DNA from: Candidatus Levybacteria bacterium RIFCSPHIGHO2_02_FULL_40_18
Lineage (GTDB): Bacteria; Patescibacteriota; Microgenomatia; Levybacterales; GWA1-39-11
DNA length: 64,000 bases
Assembly (NCBI GenBank): GCA_001782235.1
Contig: MFOC01000007.1
Location: 156,040-220,039 of the forward strand
Reading direction: 5' to 3'
Translations under genes and position numbers: made by a program
Shown: piece by piece, positions 28,955-38,764 of the stretch
Position numbering within the stretch: position 1 is the first letter of the stretch
Layout of the letters: each line of letters opens with the position of its first letter
The notes under the pieces: generated by a model
Databases searched by the model: none
What the model was told of the DNA's origin: nothing
What the model saw: only the letters and a program-made list of their open reading frames with translations

Positions 28955-30440
28955 ACTAGCCACAAAATTTTTTGCAAGATATCCCAGAAAGTCTATAAGA
29001 CTTCTTGAGGTTATTCCGCCTTTGGCAGCAGTCTTTATGATAAGTATGCCTTTTTGGGGCGCAGTATTTTTCCCATTGTATCTTGCTTATTTCATTATCT
29101 TCTTCAATATGTACTGGCTTTATAAATCAGCCAATCTTGCAATCTGCGCATTAGTTTCCTCAAGAAAAATAAAAGAGGCAGAAAAAGTAGATTGGCTTGC
29201 GCGAGCAAAAGCTCTCCCAAATTTTAAAAAAATGGCACATGCTGTGATAATCCCTACATATCAGGAATCGCATCCCAAAATAAAAGAAACCATAGAAAGC
29301 ATAGGGGACCAGACTTTTCCAGTTAAAAATATTTTTGTTTTTGTTGCATTTGAAGAGAGAGAAAAAGAATCAGCTGAAAAAGCAAGTGCTCTGCTTTCAG
29401 AATATAAAAATAAATTTGGGGGAGTTTATTGTACCTTCCACCCGGATAACCCGGAAGAAGTAAAAGGAAAATCTTCGAACCAAGCATATGCTGCGCGATT
29501 TGCAAATGAGATTCTTGAAAAGAAAAATATCAGCATGAATTTCTTAACGGTTTCATCGGTTGATGCAGATTCTATATTCGACAAGCAATTTTTCTCCTAT
29601 TTATCCTATCAATTTTTAACATCCGCTGATCCTCATTATTCGTTCTGGCAATCGGCAAACGTTTATTACAATAATTTTTGGCAAATTCCTTCATTTATAA
29701 GGATCCTTTCTTTTTTTGGGAGTTTATGGAGAATCTCGCTTCTCGTACAGGGGATGCGGCTTATTCCGAATTCTGTTTATTCACTCTCATTTAAGTTACT
29801 CAAACAAATTGACTATTGGGATACAGATGTGATTCCTGAAGATTATAGAATCTTTTTCAAAGCATTCTTTGAGACAGGTGGAAAAGTTAATGTTGAGCCA
29901 ATATTTTTAAAAACTTCTATGGACTCTCCCAAAGCCGGGACATACATAAAATCGCTACTTAATAAATATCATCAAGAAAGACGGTGGTCATGGGGAATCT
30001 CAGACGATGCCATGTATTTAAAGTGGTGGCTCTTGGTTCATGAAGCGCCATTCCTTAAAAAAACATATTTAGTTTGGAATGTTTTACTTGATCATATCTT
30101 ATGGCCTGTCAACTGGTATATCATCACAATCTCAGCCAACTTAATAGTTTTCTTAAATCCTGTATTCACAAGAACAAGTCTTGGTTATAGTTTGCCAAGA
30201 ATGTCGGGATTTATCCTGACTTTATGTCTATTCGCTTTGTTTGTTTTAATCTATGTTGATTTTGATATGAGATCAAAGAAATATGCCAGTGCATCACGAT
30301 TTAGACAATTCCTGTTCCCTTTGGAATTTGTTCTCATGCCAATCTCAGGATTTTTTCTTTCCTCTTTACCTGCGCTAATTTCACATATACAATTAATAAT
30401 AGGCAAGCGACTTGAATATCGCGTGACTGAGAAGTCATGA
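28947..30440 (+). CDS. Membrane-embedded family 2 glycosyltransferase (GT-A, VDAD motif) with C-terminal TM bundle
   Basis: AVIIPTYQE...DQTFPVKNIFVFVAFEEREKESAEKASALL...SSVDADSIF; N- and C-terminal TMs. Confidence 0.5.
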   Translation: MHRLATKFFARYPRKSIRLLEVIPPLAAVFMISMPFWGAVFFPLYLAYFIIFFNMYWLYKSANLAICALVSSRKIKEAEKVDWLARAKALPNFKKMAHAVIIPTYQESHPKIKETIESIGDQTFPVKNIFVFVAFEEREKESAEKASALLSEYKNKFGGVYCTFHPDNPEEVKGKSSNQAYAARFANEILEKKNISMNFLTVSSVDADSIFDKQFFSYLSYQFLTSADPHYSFWQSANVYYNNFWQIPSFIRILSFFGSLWRISLLVQGMRLIPNSVYSLSFKLLKQIDYWDTDVIPEDYRIFFKAFFETGGKVNVEPIFLKTSMDSPKAGTYIKSLLNKYHQERRWSWGISDDAMYLKWWLLVHEAPFLKKTYLVWNVLLDHILWPVNWYIITISANLIVFLNPVFTRTSLGYSLPRMSGFILTLCLFALFVLIYVDFDMRSKKYASASRFRQFLFPLEFVLMPISGFFLSSLPALISHIQLIIGKRLEYRVTEKS

Positions 30441-31927
30441 AGAAACAGGCGGAGTTATTTTTAGGGGGGATAGTTACTTTTTTTGCTGCACTTCGCTTTC
30501 CCTCTCTCTTTGAACCTTATTGGTATGGAGATGAGGGGGTATATCAAGTGGTTGGTACTGCTATTCGCCAAGGAAGAATTCTATACAGTGAGATTTGGGA
30601 CAATAAACCTCCGATTCTTTATTTAATCTACGCCCTTTTTAATGGCGAACAATTTTATGTTAGGCTCGCGTCTCTAATAGTTGGAATCGGCACTATTGTC
30701 GTCTTCTATTATTTAGCAATAAAAATTTTTAAGAATCTGTACTCGATTTACTTTTCAACCGCTTTTTTTGCCTTGATGTTCTCTTTACCGGTTCTTGAAG
30801 GAAATATTGCCAATGCTGAGAATTTTATGCTGCTTCCGGTAATTGGAGCATTTTATTATGTAGTAGCATCTTCATCAACCCCGATTAAATCGGGGTCAAA
30901 AAATAGGTTCCTTTTTACGTTCATGGCGGGAGTTCTTATGTCTTTTGCATTCCTAACAAAAACAGTTGCGATTTTTGATATGGCAGCGCTTTTTATAGCC
31001 CTTTTTGTCCTAAGATTCTTTGAGGAGATGCATTTAACAGCAAAAAATATTCATCGCCACATAAGAGCTATTATTAACGGTTTAGAACAAGAAACGGTTT
31101 TAGTTATAGGATTTATAGCTCCCATAATTGTAACTATTTTATATTTTTTATTCGTTGAGGTATTAGTCGATTTTCTTCGCGCTACATTTTCTCAAAATGT
31201 GGGCTATGTTGGGTATGGAAACTTTTTCCTATTCCCCATGGGATTTTTATACCTTAAGCTTTTTCTACTACTTTTCTTGCTTCTTCTTGTCGTAAGATAC
31301 AGAGAACATCTTGGGAAGAATGGAATATTAATTTTTATTTGGCTTGCATTTTCAATCTTTAACGCATTTTTCTCTCAACGGCCTTACACGCACTATCTTC
31401 TTGTCGCGATCGCGCCCTTCTCGCTATTTATTGGCTATATGATAGAGAATAAAAAACTTTCAATGGTAACACTGCCGCTTTTAATCGTCATGCTATTATT
31501 AATATTAAGCGTTTTTAGGTTAAATTTTAGGAAGGCAATTCCTTACTATGAAAATTTTCTATCATTTATTTTTAATAATAAATCAGTTGAAGACTATCAA
31601 GCTTTTTTTGATAAAAAAACGCCGCGCGATTATGAAATTTCAAATTTTGTAAAGACAAAAACAAATACTTCCGAAGGAATATTTATATGGGGTGATAACC
31701 CTCAAGTTTATAAACTGTCAGAAAAACTTCCACCGGGAAGATATACCGTTTCTTATCATATTACATTCTACCCCGATGCAATAGATGAAACAAAAAGGGC
31801 GATTGAAAAACAAAAAGTAAAGTATATAATTCAAACAAAAGAAAGTCCCGAGATTTTTCAATTCCTTGATAATTATGAATTGAAATATAGAATTGCGGGA
31901 ACAAACATCTATGAGAGGAAATTTTAG
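30437..31927 (+). CDS. GT-C fold membrane glycosyltransferase (ArnT/PMT-like), third paralog
   Basis: FEPYWYGDEGVYQVVGTAI loop after TM1; about 11 TMs; C-terminal soluble domain. Confidence 0.5.
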   Translation: MKKQAELFLGGIVTFFAALRFPSLFEPYWYGDEGVYQVVGTAIRQGRILYSEIWDNKPPILYLIYALFNGEQFYVRLASLIVGIGTIVVFYYLAIKIFKNLYSIYFSTAFFALMFSLPVLEGNIANAENFMLLPVIGAFYYVVASSSTPIKSGSKNRFLFTFMAGVLMSFAFLTKTVAIFDMAALFIALFVLRFFEEMHLTAKNIHRHIRAIINGLEQETVLVIGFIAPIIVTILYFLFVEVLVDFLRATFSQNVGYVGYGNFFLFPMGFLYLKLFLLLFLLLLVVRYREHLGKNGILIFIWLAFSIFNAFFSQRPYTHYLLVAIAPFSLFIGYMIENKKLSMVTLPLLIVMLLLILSVFRLNFRKAIPYYENFLSFIFNNKSVEDYQAFFDKKTPRDYEISNFVKTKTNTSEGIFIWGDNPQVYKLSEKLPPGRYTVSYHITFYPDAIDETKRAIEKQKVKYIIQTKESPEIFQFLDNYELKYRIAGTNIYERKF

Positions 31928-32264
31928 CCTCATTCTTTCAGACAATATAATAAGAATTTCATTTTATTCCTCTCTTGCCATAATAATTCTTCAATGTATT
32001 TTACTTTCAGTAACTTTTAATAGACTTCCTCCTTTAATACCGTTTCTTAATAGTCAGCCCTGGGGGGTCGGGCGTCTTTACGAATCTTGGGTAGTTTTTA
32101 TTATCCCGCTGGTTCTTGCGATAGTTTTTGTTATTAATAATTTTCTTAGCTTAGTTTACTATAGAGCAAATACTCTGGCCTCAAGAATTCTTTCTTTCAA
32201 TGCATTTCTATTTATCCTTTTAGGATTTTTAGCGTATATCCAAATAGTGCTTTTAGTTTTTTAA
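31893..32264 (+). CDS. Small polytopic membrane protein, hypothetical
   Basis: Three to four TMs; sits between the GT-C and MraY/WecA-type genes. Confidence 0.3.
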   Translation: MREQTSMRGNFSLILSDNIIRISFYSSLAIIILQCILLSVTFNRLPPLIPFLNSQPWGVGRLYESWVVFIIPLVLAIVFVINNFLSLVYYRANTLASRILSFNAFLFILLGFLAYIQIVLLVF

Positions 32265-32265
32265 T

Positions 32266-33321
32266 ATGCTTGAGTTACTTCTTTTCCCATTTTCGATAGC
32301 CTTTGCCTTTTCAATGATCTTAACTCCCATAACAATTAGTTTCGCGAGAAAATTTAAATTAATAGATGATCCAAAAACTCACCAGCACCCGGCAATTATT
32401 CATAAAAAGCCTCTTCCTCGCGCAGGTGGAATCCCCATTTTCCTCTCAATAATCGCTGCCATGATCTTGTTTTTACCCGACGATAGAATCTTTTTATCAA
32501 TAATTGCGGCGGGAGCGCTTGTTGTTGCGATCGGAATTCTCGACGATAAATTTGATCTTTCGCCATATATCCGCTTTGCAGGAAACATATTTTGCGCAAG
32601 CATTATCGTTTTGGCAGGCGTTGAGGTTCCTTTTATAACAAACCCTTTGGGAGGAATTTTAGATTTTACAAATTTCTCTTATCAGTTCCTAGGTATTACT
32701 ATTACCGCCGGAAGTCTTCTTGCAATAATCTGGATTGTTTGGGTTATGAATATGCTTAACTGGAGTAAAGGAGTAGATGGACAGATGCCCGGAATCGCCG
32801 TAATCTCGGCAATTATTATAGGCATAGCATCCTTGAGGTTTCCAATAATCACCCAAAATAATATTTATACATCGCAATTGTCTTTTATTATAGGAGGAGC
32901 GGCCCTAGGTTTTCTTTTTTACAATTTCTACCCTGCAAAAATTTTTCCGGGATACAGCGCAACGATTCTTGGTTTTATGCTGGGCGTAGTTTCTATTATG
33001 TCAAGCGTAAAACTTGCCACTGCGATTCTTGTCATGGGGGTTCCTACTGCCGACGCGCTTTTTACGATAACAAGAAGAATCTTATCCCGCAAATCTCCGT
33101 TCTGGCATGACAAAGGACATCTTCATCATTTGCTTCTTGCACAAGGCGCGAGTCAACAGCTAATTGCGTTATTTTATTGGCTGATGTCGCTTCTCTTAGG
33201 ACTTTTTGCATTAACTCTCTCAAGCCGCGGAAAGCTTTTTGCTATAATTCTGGTAGTTGTTTTTGTTGGTGCTTTTATTTCATCTCTTAAACTTTTTGGA
33301 AAGATGAAAGAAGAACAATGA
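32266..33321 (+). CDS. Polyprenyl-phosphate sugar-1-phosphate transferase (GT4, MraY/WecA family)
   Basis: GILDDKFDLSPYIRF (DDxxD), VMNMLNWSKGVDGQMPGIAV (NxxNxxDGxDG), about 10 TMs. Confidence 0.8.
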   Translation: MLELLLFPFSIAFAFSMILTPITISFARKFKLIDDPKTHQHPAIIHKKPLPRAGGIPIFLSIIAAMILFLPDDRIFLSIIAAGALVVAIGILDDKFDLSPYIRFAGNIFCASIIVLAGVEVPFITNPLGGILDFTNFSYQFLGITITAGSLLAIIWIVWVMNMLNWSKGVDGQMPGIAVISAIIIGIASLRFPIITQNNIYTSQLSFIIGGAALGFLFYNFYPAKIFPGYSATILGFMLGVVSIMSSVKLATAILVMGVPTADALFTITRRILSRKSPFWHDKGHLHHLLLAQGASQQLIALFYWLMSLLLGLFALTLSSRGKLFAIILVVVFVGAFISSLKLFGKMKEEQ

Positions 33322-34256
33322 TCAAACATTACTATTATATCTTAAAATTGCTTAGGCCTAGGCAGTGGATCAAAAATTTCGCCCTTTTCACAGCGCTTGT
33401 TTTTGGAGGTCAACTGTTTGAAATAGGCCCATTGATACAAGTTTTTTTAGGGTTTATCTCCTTTTGTTTACTTGTATCATCAACGTACATTATAAACGAT
33501 ATCTTGGATTTAAAAAAAGACAGGCTTCATCCTTTTAAAAAAGCAAGACCTATTGCAAGCGATAAAGTAAGCGTTCGCGAGGCAACGATAATATTTATAG
33601 CAATACTTGCTTTAGCTCTTTTTATTGCAAGAGGGGTGGGCGATGGGTTTTTCTTAATTTCGCTTCTTTATCTTGCTCTTCAAATGTTATATTCTTTTGT
33701 CTTTAAGTCAATTGAGATATTTGACATTTTTTTCATTGCGGCTGGTTACATTTTGCGAGTTTATGCCGGGGAGATGATAACCGGATATCATCTTTCGGTT
33801 TGGCTACTCTTGACCACAATTTCGCTTTCCATGTTTTTGGCAATTGGAAAACGACGGTCTGAACTTACGCTTCTGGCAAACTATGCAGGCGTACGGGCAG
33901 CAGAAATTAGGCAAAGCCTTTCTCATTACTCTGAGCCTTTGCTCGCTGCCTTTATTATCATATTTGCTACATCAACTTTTATTTTCTATTCGTTCTTTAC
34001 GTTCCTTGAAAATCCTCAAGGTCCAAGATTAAGTATTGATTTTTTCCCAGATGTTCTACCATATTATCTTCAAAGAAAATGGCTAATGGTGACTATTATT
34101 CCCGTAGTTTATGGTCTGATGCGATATCTTCAGGATATTTATGAAAAACAGGAAGGGGAAAGCCCTGATCGCGTCCTTTTGTCGGATAGGTCTTTACTTG
34201 CCTCAGTTATAATTTGGGGACTTCTCGTAATAGTCATTATTTATTTTATTCCGTAG
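33318..34256 (+). CDS. UbiA-family prenyltransferase (decaprenyl-phosphate phosphoribosyltransferase-like)
   Basis: RPRQWIKNFALF...YIINDILDLKKDRLHPFKKARPIASDKVS carries the NDxxDxxxD motif; about 8 TMs. Confidence 0.75.
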   Translation: MIKHYYYILKLLRPRQWIKNFALFTALVFGGQLFEIGPLIQVFLGFISFCLLVSSTYIINDILDLKKDRLHPFKKARPIASDKVSVREATIIFIAILALALFIARGVGDGFFLISLLYLALQMLYSFVFKSIEIFDIFFIAAGYILRVYAGEMITGYHLSVWLLLTTISLSMFLAIGKRRSELTLLANYAGVRAAEIRQSLSHYSEPLLAAFIIIFATSTFIFYSFFTFLENPQGPRLSIDFFPDVLPYYLQRKWLMVTIIPVVYGLMRYLQDIYEKQEGESPDRVLLSDRSLLASVIIWGLLVIVIIYFIP

Positions 34257-35136
34257 CCTGTTCGAGGCTCGCATATTGTTTGCTCACCCAGCCGAGCGTT
34301 CCGTCCTCAAGTTCTATTTGAAACCAGCTTGCATTTTCATCAACAAAAAGATAAGATTCTCCGGGATTTACGCGACTAATCTCCTGTGATGCAGTTGAAG
34401 GGTTTTCTCTCACTCTTAAAAATCCTACGGGCGTATTTTTGATTGTTACTTGCGGTTGATTTGCTTCTGTTGGGGAGGGTATCGGGGCGCCGCCCCGGAG
34501 GGACTCTGCCCCGGAGGGTGTGGACGTAGGTTCTAAGGTTTCATCGGCTGTACCTTGCGTTCCCAATATCACATTAAGAACCAGCTTATAAGAGGGAACC
34601 GCTCTTACTCTTACTGTCTTTTTTGAAAAGCCCTGCTTTTGAATTTCTATTTCGTGTTCTGAAGGAGAAATAGAGTTTTGCGAAAGAGGCGTAATTCCTT
34701 CTTCCCTTCCATCAATTGAAACAAGCGCGCCATCAGGGATAGACGCAACAAAAAGTTGCGGGTCGCTCGAATTGGTTTTTTCAAGCGCCAAAATATATGA
34801 GGAGGCATATGCCCCTGGCAAAAAAGTTCGCTCAACTGCCGTTAATACTCCGGAATTTATTCTAACGCGCGACATAAACGGTTCAACATTTTTATCATCT
34901 GGCACTATTTTTAATTCGTATACTCCTGCATTTAGCGTATCGTGTTGCTCACAACGACATAAAGGAGTTTGTCCTAATGGTTTATTATCAAGAAAAACCT
35001 GCGCCTTTATATTCGATGTGACTTGAAGGGCTCCTTTTCCGGCAGGCACAAGCGTATTTGCCGCAATCCTAACCAAAAGAAACATTCCGGCAAGAATTAA
35101 AATAATCGCAACAACAAGAAGAATTCTTCTTTTCAT
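34246..35136 (-). CDS. PEGA-domain protein with C-terminal SH3b-like domain
   Basis: N-terminal TM; ALQVTSNIKAQVFLDNKPLGQTPL and SIPDGALVSIDGREEGITPL (PEGA-like); C-terminal WFQIELEDGTLGWVSKQYA (SH3b-like). Contains GC-rich motif copy B at 34486..34518. Confidence 0.5.
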   Translation of the reverse strand: MKRRILLVVAIILILAGMFLLVRIAANTLVPAGKGALQVTSNIKAQVFLDNKPLGQTPLCRCEQHDTLNAGVYELKIVPDDKNVEPFMSRVRINSGVLTAVERTFLPGAYASSYILALEKTNSSDPQLFVASIPDGALVSIDGREEGITPLSQNSISPSEHEIEIQKQGFSKKTVRVRAVPSYKLVLNVILGTQGTADETLEPTSTPSGAESLRGGAPIPSPTEANQPQVTIKNTPVGFLRVRENPSTASQEISRVNPGESYLFVDENASWFQIELEDGTLGWVSKQYASLEQATE

Positions 35137-35327
35137 TAACGTTAATAATAACAGAATATAATCAGTCTTTCAAAAAAATTTTGATCATGTCTTGCTCCGA
35201 GCTTTCGCAATATCGCTCGCTTATCGGGGGAAAACCTCCCCCTCCGCCAGTTCGGCGGGTCTCCCCCTGATGCGTTCGCTCATTGCTCATGCACTTCGCT
35301 TCGAAATGACAAATTTTTTGAAAGACT

Positions 35328-36749
35328 TTATTGGAGGCGGGGGAAGAGAGGGGGGGCGGACTTAATTTTTCCCGAGAATTGCGGAAGAATCTTTTCGGCG
35401 GTTTCGGGAAGAAACGGCCTAAGGTTGTATCCAATCTCTTGGACTCTTTTGACTAGATCTTTTAATACCTTCGAAAGTTCTTCGCCCGCCAGCTTCCAAG
35501 GTTCGCGAGCGTTTATTAATTGATCTGCCTCAGCAATTAATTGCCAAATTCCCCGTAAACCTTCATTGAATTTGAATTCTTCAAAAGATTTATCGACATC
35601 CGCGCACCAAACTTTATAAGTATCAGGCGCTTCAAAATTTTCCTTCTCGCAAAGCTTTGCAACTCTTGCCACCAAATTCCCTAACCCATTGGCAAGATCT
35701 GCGTTATAAACTTCGCGGAATTTATCTTCCGAAAAATCACCATCTTGGAAAGGCGAAAATTTGGCAAGAAAATAGTAGCGAAGCGGATCAGCCCCATATT
35801 TCTCAACAAGCGGCGTTGGATCAATAATATTCCCGAGCGTTTTTGACATCTTTTGTCCGTTGACAGTAAAGTACTCATGAACAAAAAGAGTTTTAGGCAA
35901 AGGGAGCCCAGCGGAAAGTAAGATTGCCGGCCAGTAAATAGCGTGAAATCGGATAATGCCCTTACCGATTACGTGAACATCCGCCGGCCACCACTTTTTG
36001 TATTTTTCATCGTCCCGGCCGAATCCTATACCGCTTTGATAAATGTTTAAAGCATCAAACCAAACATATATACGCTGTGAATCATCGCCCGGAACGGGTA
36101 CTCCCCAATTTTTGGCCCTCTCATTTGTTCGAGAAATGCTAAAGTCCGAAAGACCGGATTTTATTAAAGAGAGCATTTCGTTCTTTCTAAATTCAGGAAT
36201 TATTTTATATTCGTCCGACTCGATTAGTTTTAATAACTTATCCTGATAGGAAGAGAGTTTAAAAAAATAATTCTCCTCAGAAACCTCCTCAAGCTTTTTG
36301 CCAGGATGCTCGTAGCATTCGCCTTTTTTGTTTAATTCGTCTTTTGTATAAAATACCTCACATCCTACACAATAGAGACCTTTATATGGTTTTTTATAGA
36401 TATCGCCGGCCTTATCGCACAATTCCCAGAGTTTTTGGCTTGAGGGGTAGTGGGTTTTCTTATCACTTCCCTTTTGCCAGACATCAAATTGAACATTTAG
36501 CTTCTTTGAGAGATCATAAAAGGCTTGAGTATTACGATCGACAAATTCCTGAATAGGGACTCCGGCTTCCTCTGCGGCTTGTACATTTTTTAAGGCATTC
36601 TCGTCCCCGCCGCACAAAAGTAAAACATCCTCACCTTTTAATCTATGGTAGCGCGCGATAGCATCAGATTGGACAAATTCCAAAGCATGGCCCACGTGAG
36701 CGGCAGCATTCACGTAAGGGATCGCATTTGTGATATAGAACTTGTTCAT
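35328..36749 (-). CDS. metG: Methionyl-tRNA synthetase (short form lacking C-terminal tRNA-binding extension)
   Basis: AIPYVNAAAHVGHALEF (HIGH-type), Zn knuckle CVGCEVFY, KMSKTLGNIIDP (KMSKS). The last 10 codons are GC-rich. Confidence 0.9.
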   Translation of the reverse strand: MNKFYITNAIPYVNAAAHVGHALEFVQSDAIARYHRLKGEDVLLLCGGDENALKNVQAAEEAGVPIQEFVDRNTQAFYDLSKKLNVQFDVWQKGSDKKTHYPSSQKLWELCDKAGDIYKKPYKGLYCVGCEVFYTKDELNKKGECYEHPGKKLEEVSEENYFFKLSSYQDKLLKLIESDEYKIIPEFRKNEMLSLIKSGLSDFSISRTNERAKNWGVPVPGDDSQRIYVWFDALNIYQSGIGFGRDDEKYKKWWPADVHVIGKGIIRFHAIYWPAILLSAGLPLPKTLFVHEYFTVNGQKMSKTLGNIIDPTPLVEKYGADPLRYYFLAKFSPFQDGDFSEDKFREVYNADLANGLGNLVARVAKLCEKENFEAPDTYKVWCADVDKSFEEFKFNEGLRGIWQLIAEADQLINAREPWKLAGEELSKVLKDLVKRVQEIGYNLRPFLPETAEKILPQFSGKIKSAPPLFPRLQ

Positions 36750-36799
36750 ATATGAATTATACCCGAGCCTATGAGGCTAAACAAGCCTCATGGGAAGAG

Positions 36800-36880
36800 T
36801 ACCACGGGTATCAAGAGTACCAAAAGTATCAAGGGCTCTTACTTTTCGAATGTAGTCTAATGATCTAGATAATTAGATTA
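36800..36880. repeat. GTATCA-heptamer + TAGTCTAAT-palindrome intergenic element (family also at 4525..4570 and 58232..58296)
   Basis: agagtaccacgggtatcaagagtaccaaaagtatcaag ... gtagtctaatgatctagataattagattagaca. It is near-identical to accacgagtatcaagagtaccaaaagtacc at 4531-4562 and is related to gggtatcacgagtatcacgg...tagtctaataattcagatcattagact at 58232-58296. Confidence 0.6.
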
Positions 36881-36894
36881 GACATAATTCGTTT

Positions 36895-37230
36895 TTATTT
36901 GCGTTTGGAGTAGAGGAATTCTATTAGTAAAATTATGGTGAGAAGAACAAGCATGTGGAAGGCGCCTCGAATTTCAAAAAACCTCAAGATCAAAAGCCCT
37001 ATTATAAATATTGAGGCAAGAATTCCACGCCTTGTGTTTACAAACAGAAATGAAAAGAGAAAAAAAGAAGAGATAAATACTAAAGCCAATAAAAATATTA
37101 CTGGGTGAATGACAGAATTGAAAACTTCGAATTCTTGTTTGGGAGATACTAAAAGGATAAAGAAGCCAAGCGGCAAAAGCGACACTAAAAAAAGATACAA
37201 AAACGGCAAAAACTTCCTTTGCGACCGCAT
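36895..37230 (-). CDS. Small membrane protein (3 TMs), hypothetical
   Basis: Hydrophobic 111-aa ORF. Confidence 0.3.
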   Translation of the reverse strand: MRSQRKFLPFLYLFLVSLLPLGFFILLVSPKQEFEVFNSVIHPVIFLLALVFISSFFLFSFLFVNTRRGILASIFIIGLLILRFFEIRGAFHMLVLLTIILLIEFLYSKRK

Positions 37231-37386
37231 ACATTAAGAGTATCAGATTAAAAGGGTATGGTTAAAGGGTTAAGTTTGTGCTGCCAGTATGGTAATAGGG
37301 TGTGGTTTTTAGTAAATTTAAGCCTAAGACCCAAACCATAACCATACGAGCTGCCCCAACCCCAACGAAACCCTAAGCCCCATCTC

Positions 37387-37422
37387 TTGACATCCGTTAG
37401 CACTCGTGGTATCATCTTGCTA
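37387..37422 (+). promoter_or_regulatory. hrcA promoter (TTGACA-17-TATCAT) overlapping a CIRCE-like operator (TTAGCACTC-N9-TCTTGCTAA)
   Basis: ttgaca at 37387-37392 and tatcat at 37410-37415. The CIRCE left half ttagcactc is perfect; the right half matches 6 of 9 positions. Lies upstream of hrcA-grpE-dnaK. Confidence 0.5.
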
Positions 37423-37466
37423 ATTGCGAATCCTACGAATAATTGTTTGCATAATATTAGCATAAT

Positions 37467-38189
37467 ATGTACGATTTGACGCCAAGACAAATAGACATTC
37501 TTAAGAATATAATTCGAGAATATATTGATTCTGCAGAACCTGTGGGTTCTGAGACCCTTGAGAAAAAATATGATCTTGGGGTATCTCCTGCCACAATCCG
37601 TAATGAAATGGCCGAGATGACAAAAATTGGCTATCTTTCAAAACCGCATTCTTCTGCGGGCCGAATCCCCACAAGCAAGGCAATTAAATTCTACATCAAT
37701 GAATTAATGAAAGAAAAGGAGATGTCTGTGGCTGAAGAGGTCGAAGCAAAGGAAAAGATTTGGGACCTGCGGGAAGGAAGAGAAAGATTTTTGCGCGAGG
37801 CTACACATGAGCTTGCTCAAAAGACCCATTCCTTAGCAGTTGCAGCAACTGATGAGGGAGATATTTATTATTCCGGCTATTCGAATATTTTAGAAATGCC
37901 TGAATTTTATGACATTGATATAACTAAAAATCTCTTAAGTATTCTTGATAATGCCTCATACTTTGAAAGAATTCTTCAAAGACTAGAAGATGAATGTTCA
38001 GTTTTTCTTGAGGATGATTTTGAAGAGGCTCTTCTTAAGCCCTATGGTTTTGTTTTTACAAGATTTGAAACAAAAGGACATCACATAGGAACGATAGGCG
38101 TAGTTGGTCCTACAAGAATGCAATATGAATTGGTAATTCCGGTTGTCAGATATTTTGGTAATTTGGTCCGCGAAGTTGCCACATGGTAA
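37467..38189 (+). CDS. hrcA: Heat-inducible transcription repressor HrcA (short form)
   Basis: LTPRQIDILKNIIREYIDSAEPVGSETLEKKYDLGVSPATIRNEMAEMTKIGYLSKPHSSAGRIPT. Confidence 0.8.
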   Translation: MYDLTPRQIDILKNIIREYIDSAEPVGSETLEKKYDLGVSPATIRNEMAEMTKIGYLSKPHSSAGRIPTSKAIKFYINELMKEKEMSVAEEVEAKEKIWDLREGRERFLREATHELAQKTHSLAVAATDEGDIYYSGYSNILEMPEFYDIDITKNLLSILDNASYFERILQRLEDECSVFLEDDFEEALLKPYGFVFTRFETKGHHIGTIGVVGPTRMQYELVIPVVRYFGNLVREVATW

Positions 38190-38190
38190 G

Positions 38191-38658
38191 ATGGATGAGA
38201 CAAAAAAGGTAAAAAAAACAAAGAATAAAGAGGTTGAGCAACTTTTGCAGCGGATAGCAGATTTAGAAGAACAGTTGAAAAGGACGGTCGCAGATTACAG
38301 GAACCAAGAAAAGAGATTTGAAGACGAGAAACACGAGTTTGTCAAGTTTGCTAATCGGGAATTATTGATAAAACTTATCCCTTCTTTTGATACGCTATTT
38401 TTGGCAGAAAAACATGTAGCAGACGAAGGAATAAGGATTACCATTAAACATCTTCAGGACGCTTTCAAGGATGTGGGAGTAGAGAGAATTAATGCAGAAG
38501 GAGAAATGTTTAATCCGGAAAAAATGGAAGTAGTTACGACAATACATGGAGAAGAGAACAAAGTTTTGGAAGAATTAAGACCTGGGTACATGCTAAATGG
38601 TAAACTTTTAAGACCGGCCCAAGTGACAGTAGGCAAAAAAACGATTGTCACGGATTAA
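38191..38658 (+). CDS. grpE: Nucleotide exchange factor GrpE
   Basis: ADYRNQEKRFEDEKHEFVKFANRELLIKLIPSFDTL...GEMFNPEKMEVV. Internal Met preferred over the track start at 38143. Confidence 0.8.
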   Translation: MDETKKVKKTKNKEVEQLLQRIADLEEQLKRTVADYRNQEKRFEDEKHEFVKFANRELLIKLIPSFDTLFLAEKHVADEGIRITIKHLQDAFKDVGVERINAEGEMFNPEKMEVVTTIHGEENKVLEELRPGYMLNGKLLRPAQVTVGKKTIVTD

Positions 38659-38764
38659 TAGCGAGATTTCCGCGGATATAATAATCAGCGGAAATCAGTT
38701 ATAAATCAGCGAGAATCTTGGTGATAAACAAGAAAAAACATTAATATAATAAAAAGGAGATAAA

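Noticed and set aside
37248-37490. 80-aa minus-strand ORF (MSWRQIVHIMLILCK…) upstream of hrcA
   Set aside because: It lies across the hrcA promoter and CIRCE region. Its Trp/Gly-rich low-complexity translation comes from CCCAA/GGGTT-type repeats, so it is not credible as a gene.
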